Shown one piece after another: positions 57,095 through 58,023 of a stretch of 58,023 nt of DNA. Position 1 is the stretch's first letter; each line of letters starts with the position of its first letter. A program made the translations under genes and the position numbers. This DNA comes from an uncultured Mycoplasmatota bacterium (GTDB taxonomy: Bacteria; Bacillota_I; Bacilli_A; RF39; UBA660): assembly GCA_900544605.1 (NCBI GenBank), contig UQVP01000004.1, positions 1 to 58,023 on the forward strand, written 5' to 3'. The notes under the pieces were generated by a model, which was not told the origin of the DNA, searched no databases, and saw nothing but the letters and a program-made list of their open reading frames with translations.

Positions 57095-57970
57095 TTATTC
57101 ACTTCCACAATACGAACTACCATCAGCATCGACGGGGCAGTAGCCTCCAACAACGTACGCATTAACGTTACCACTCGAATCCGCACTCAACAAATAATCA
57201 GAGCCACCGCGACAGATAGAGCTGCTCGCATTGAAGCTGCAGCTTATACCTTCAATTTTTGCATCTTCTATTTGTTTTAATATTAATGCATTTCCTGTAT
57301 AATCTGCTTCATTTGTTGCATATCCATAAAAAGAATTACCATTGTTATCTTTTCCACCTCTTACACAATATTCCTTTCCTTTTAATATTGCACATGCATA
57401 TGATTCTGTTACTTTATTATCTTTATCTAATATATGTTTTAAATAATTACTTTTACTTGCATCTTTTGTATATTTTGTAGGATCATCCATTGTATCTCCT
57501 ATATTTATAGTATCTGTTGACCATCTATATACTACTGTTGTTGATGATGCACCTCCTTCATTTGTTGCTTCATACTTCTTATTTTCTTGATTATATTTTA
57601 CATTATAATCTCCTACTACTAGTTTTGTTCCATCTTTAGATACTTCTCCATTTTTTATTGTTACTGTTCCTCCACTTGGTTTAGTTCCACTCATATCAAT
57701 TTCTAATTTACCATCTGGTAATCCTGCACCTGTTAGATCTCCATTACCATCTATATCATATGTTCCATTTGATACTGTTTTGTTTTCTAACTTGGTTTCT
57801 GCCACCGCTGTTTCTACTTGTTTGATGTAGTTATCTGCTGTTCTTTCTGCTGCTCCTTTCTTCGCATTCTTGATTGTATTCATTACTATTGGTGTTGCAA
57901 TAAGAGCAATGATTGCTAGTACTACTATTACCGCTAGTAACTCTATTAAAGTAAAGCCTTTTCTTTTCAT
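57095..57970 (-). CDS. prepilin-type N-terminal cleavage/methylation protein with a Cys-containing C-terminal domain
   Basis: MKRKGFTLIELLAVIVVLAIIALIATPIV class III signal. 291 aa with 8 Cys in the last 110 residues. RBS AGGAGG. Confidence 0.85.
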   Translation of the reverse strand: MKRKGFTLIELLAVIVVLAIIALIATPIVMNTIKNAKKGAAERTADNYIKQVETAVAETKLENKTVSNGTYDIDGNGDLTGAGLPDGKLEIDMSGTKPSGGTVTIKNGEVSKDGTKLVVGDYNVKYNQENKKYEATNEGGASSTTVVYRWSTDTINIGDTMDDPTKYTKDASKSNYLKHILDKDNKVTESYACAILKGKEYCVRGGKDNNGNSFYGYATNEADYTGNALILKQIEDAKIEGISCSFNASSSICRGGSDYLLSADSSGNVNAYVVGGYCPVDADGSSYCGSE

Positions 57971-58023
57971 TTTTTCTACCTCCTATACTTTACACTTTAA
58001 TTATACCCTATTTTATTTTAATT

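Noticed and set aside
592-57480. Many 60-155-aa ORFs in the supplied track lie antisense to or inside long genes (for example 592-837+, 2162-2491+, 9984-10451+, 10651-10932+, 15843-16295+, 24590-24964+, 42917-43210+, 46603-46947+, 57259-57480+).
   Set aside because: They sit entirely within well-supported genes on the opposite strand. They have low-complexity Leu/Ile/Phe/Ser-rich translations typical of the reverse frame of AT-rich coding DNA, and they lack an RBS. They are shadow ORFs.
1-58023. Looked for CRISPR arrays, IS elements or transposases, integrases or recombinases, reverse transcriptases (retron/DGR), prophage blocks, rRNA genes, and T-box or riboswitch leaders upstream of cysK/cysS.
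   Set aside because: None was found. There are no regularly spaced direct repeats and no ORF with transposase, integrase or RT motifs. The cysK upstream gap is too short (about 45 nt, occupied by a terminator) for a T-box.

Overview
This is a very AT-rich chromosomal segment from a spore-forming low-GC Firmicute (it carries spoIIGA-sigE, sigG and sigH). About 60 genes are present and all but three lie on the minus strand. The conserved backbone is: rpoC-rpoB, a ybxB-like methyltransferase, rplL-rplJ with an L10 leader/attenuator, rplA-rplK-nusG-secE, rimM-trmD, a TrmH methyltransferase, RNase J, sufC-sufD-sufS, pnp-rpsO-truB, cysK-cysS, two tRNAs, ddl-murF-hydrolase-DD-carboxypeptidase, rbgA-mrnC-rlmB-sigH, maf, rdgB, sigG-ylmC and spoIIGA-sigE. 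The unusual content sits between these blocks. (1) A roughly 4-kb tRNA-adjacent islet (about 30.85-35.0 kb) is bounded by a duplicated ~125-bp dual-promoter leader. That leader drives two unrelated membrane-anchored proteins, one with eukaryote-like WSxWS and EGF-like Cys repeats. The islet also holds permuted tRNA(CAT) fragments and an orphan MvaI/BcnI-like endonuclease. (2) A rhuM cassette is flanked by 68-bp direct repeats, next to a WYL regulator and a SIS protein. (3) The RNase J homologue has degenerate catalytic motifs. (4) murF carries a five-helix membrane domain. (5) Two orphan prepilin-type proteins have large C-terminal domains. (6) A collagen-like (BclA-like) protein, a Lys-rich coiled-coil membrane protein and a glycosyltransferase form a cluster beside sigG. 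(7) An unknown gene with its own promoter is wedged between sigE and sigG. No CRISPR array, transposase, integrase or rRNA was seen. All family assignments come from motif recognition by eye, because no searches could be run. I did not find a single system I could call clearly novel; the islet in (1) is the strongest candidate.
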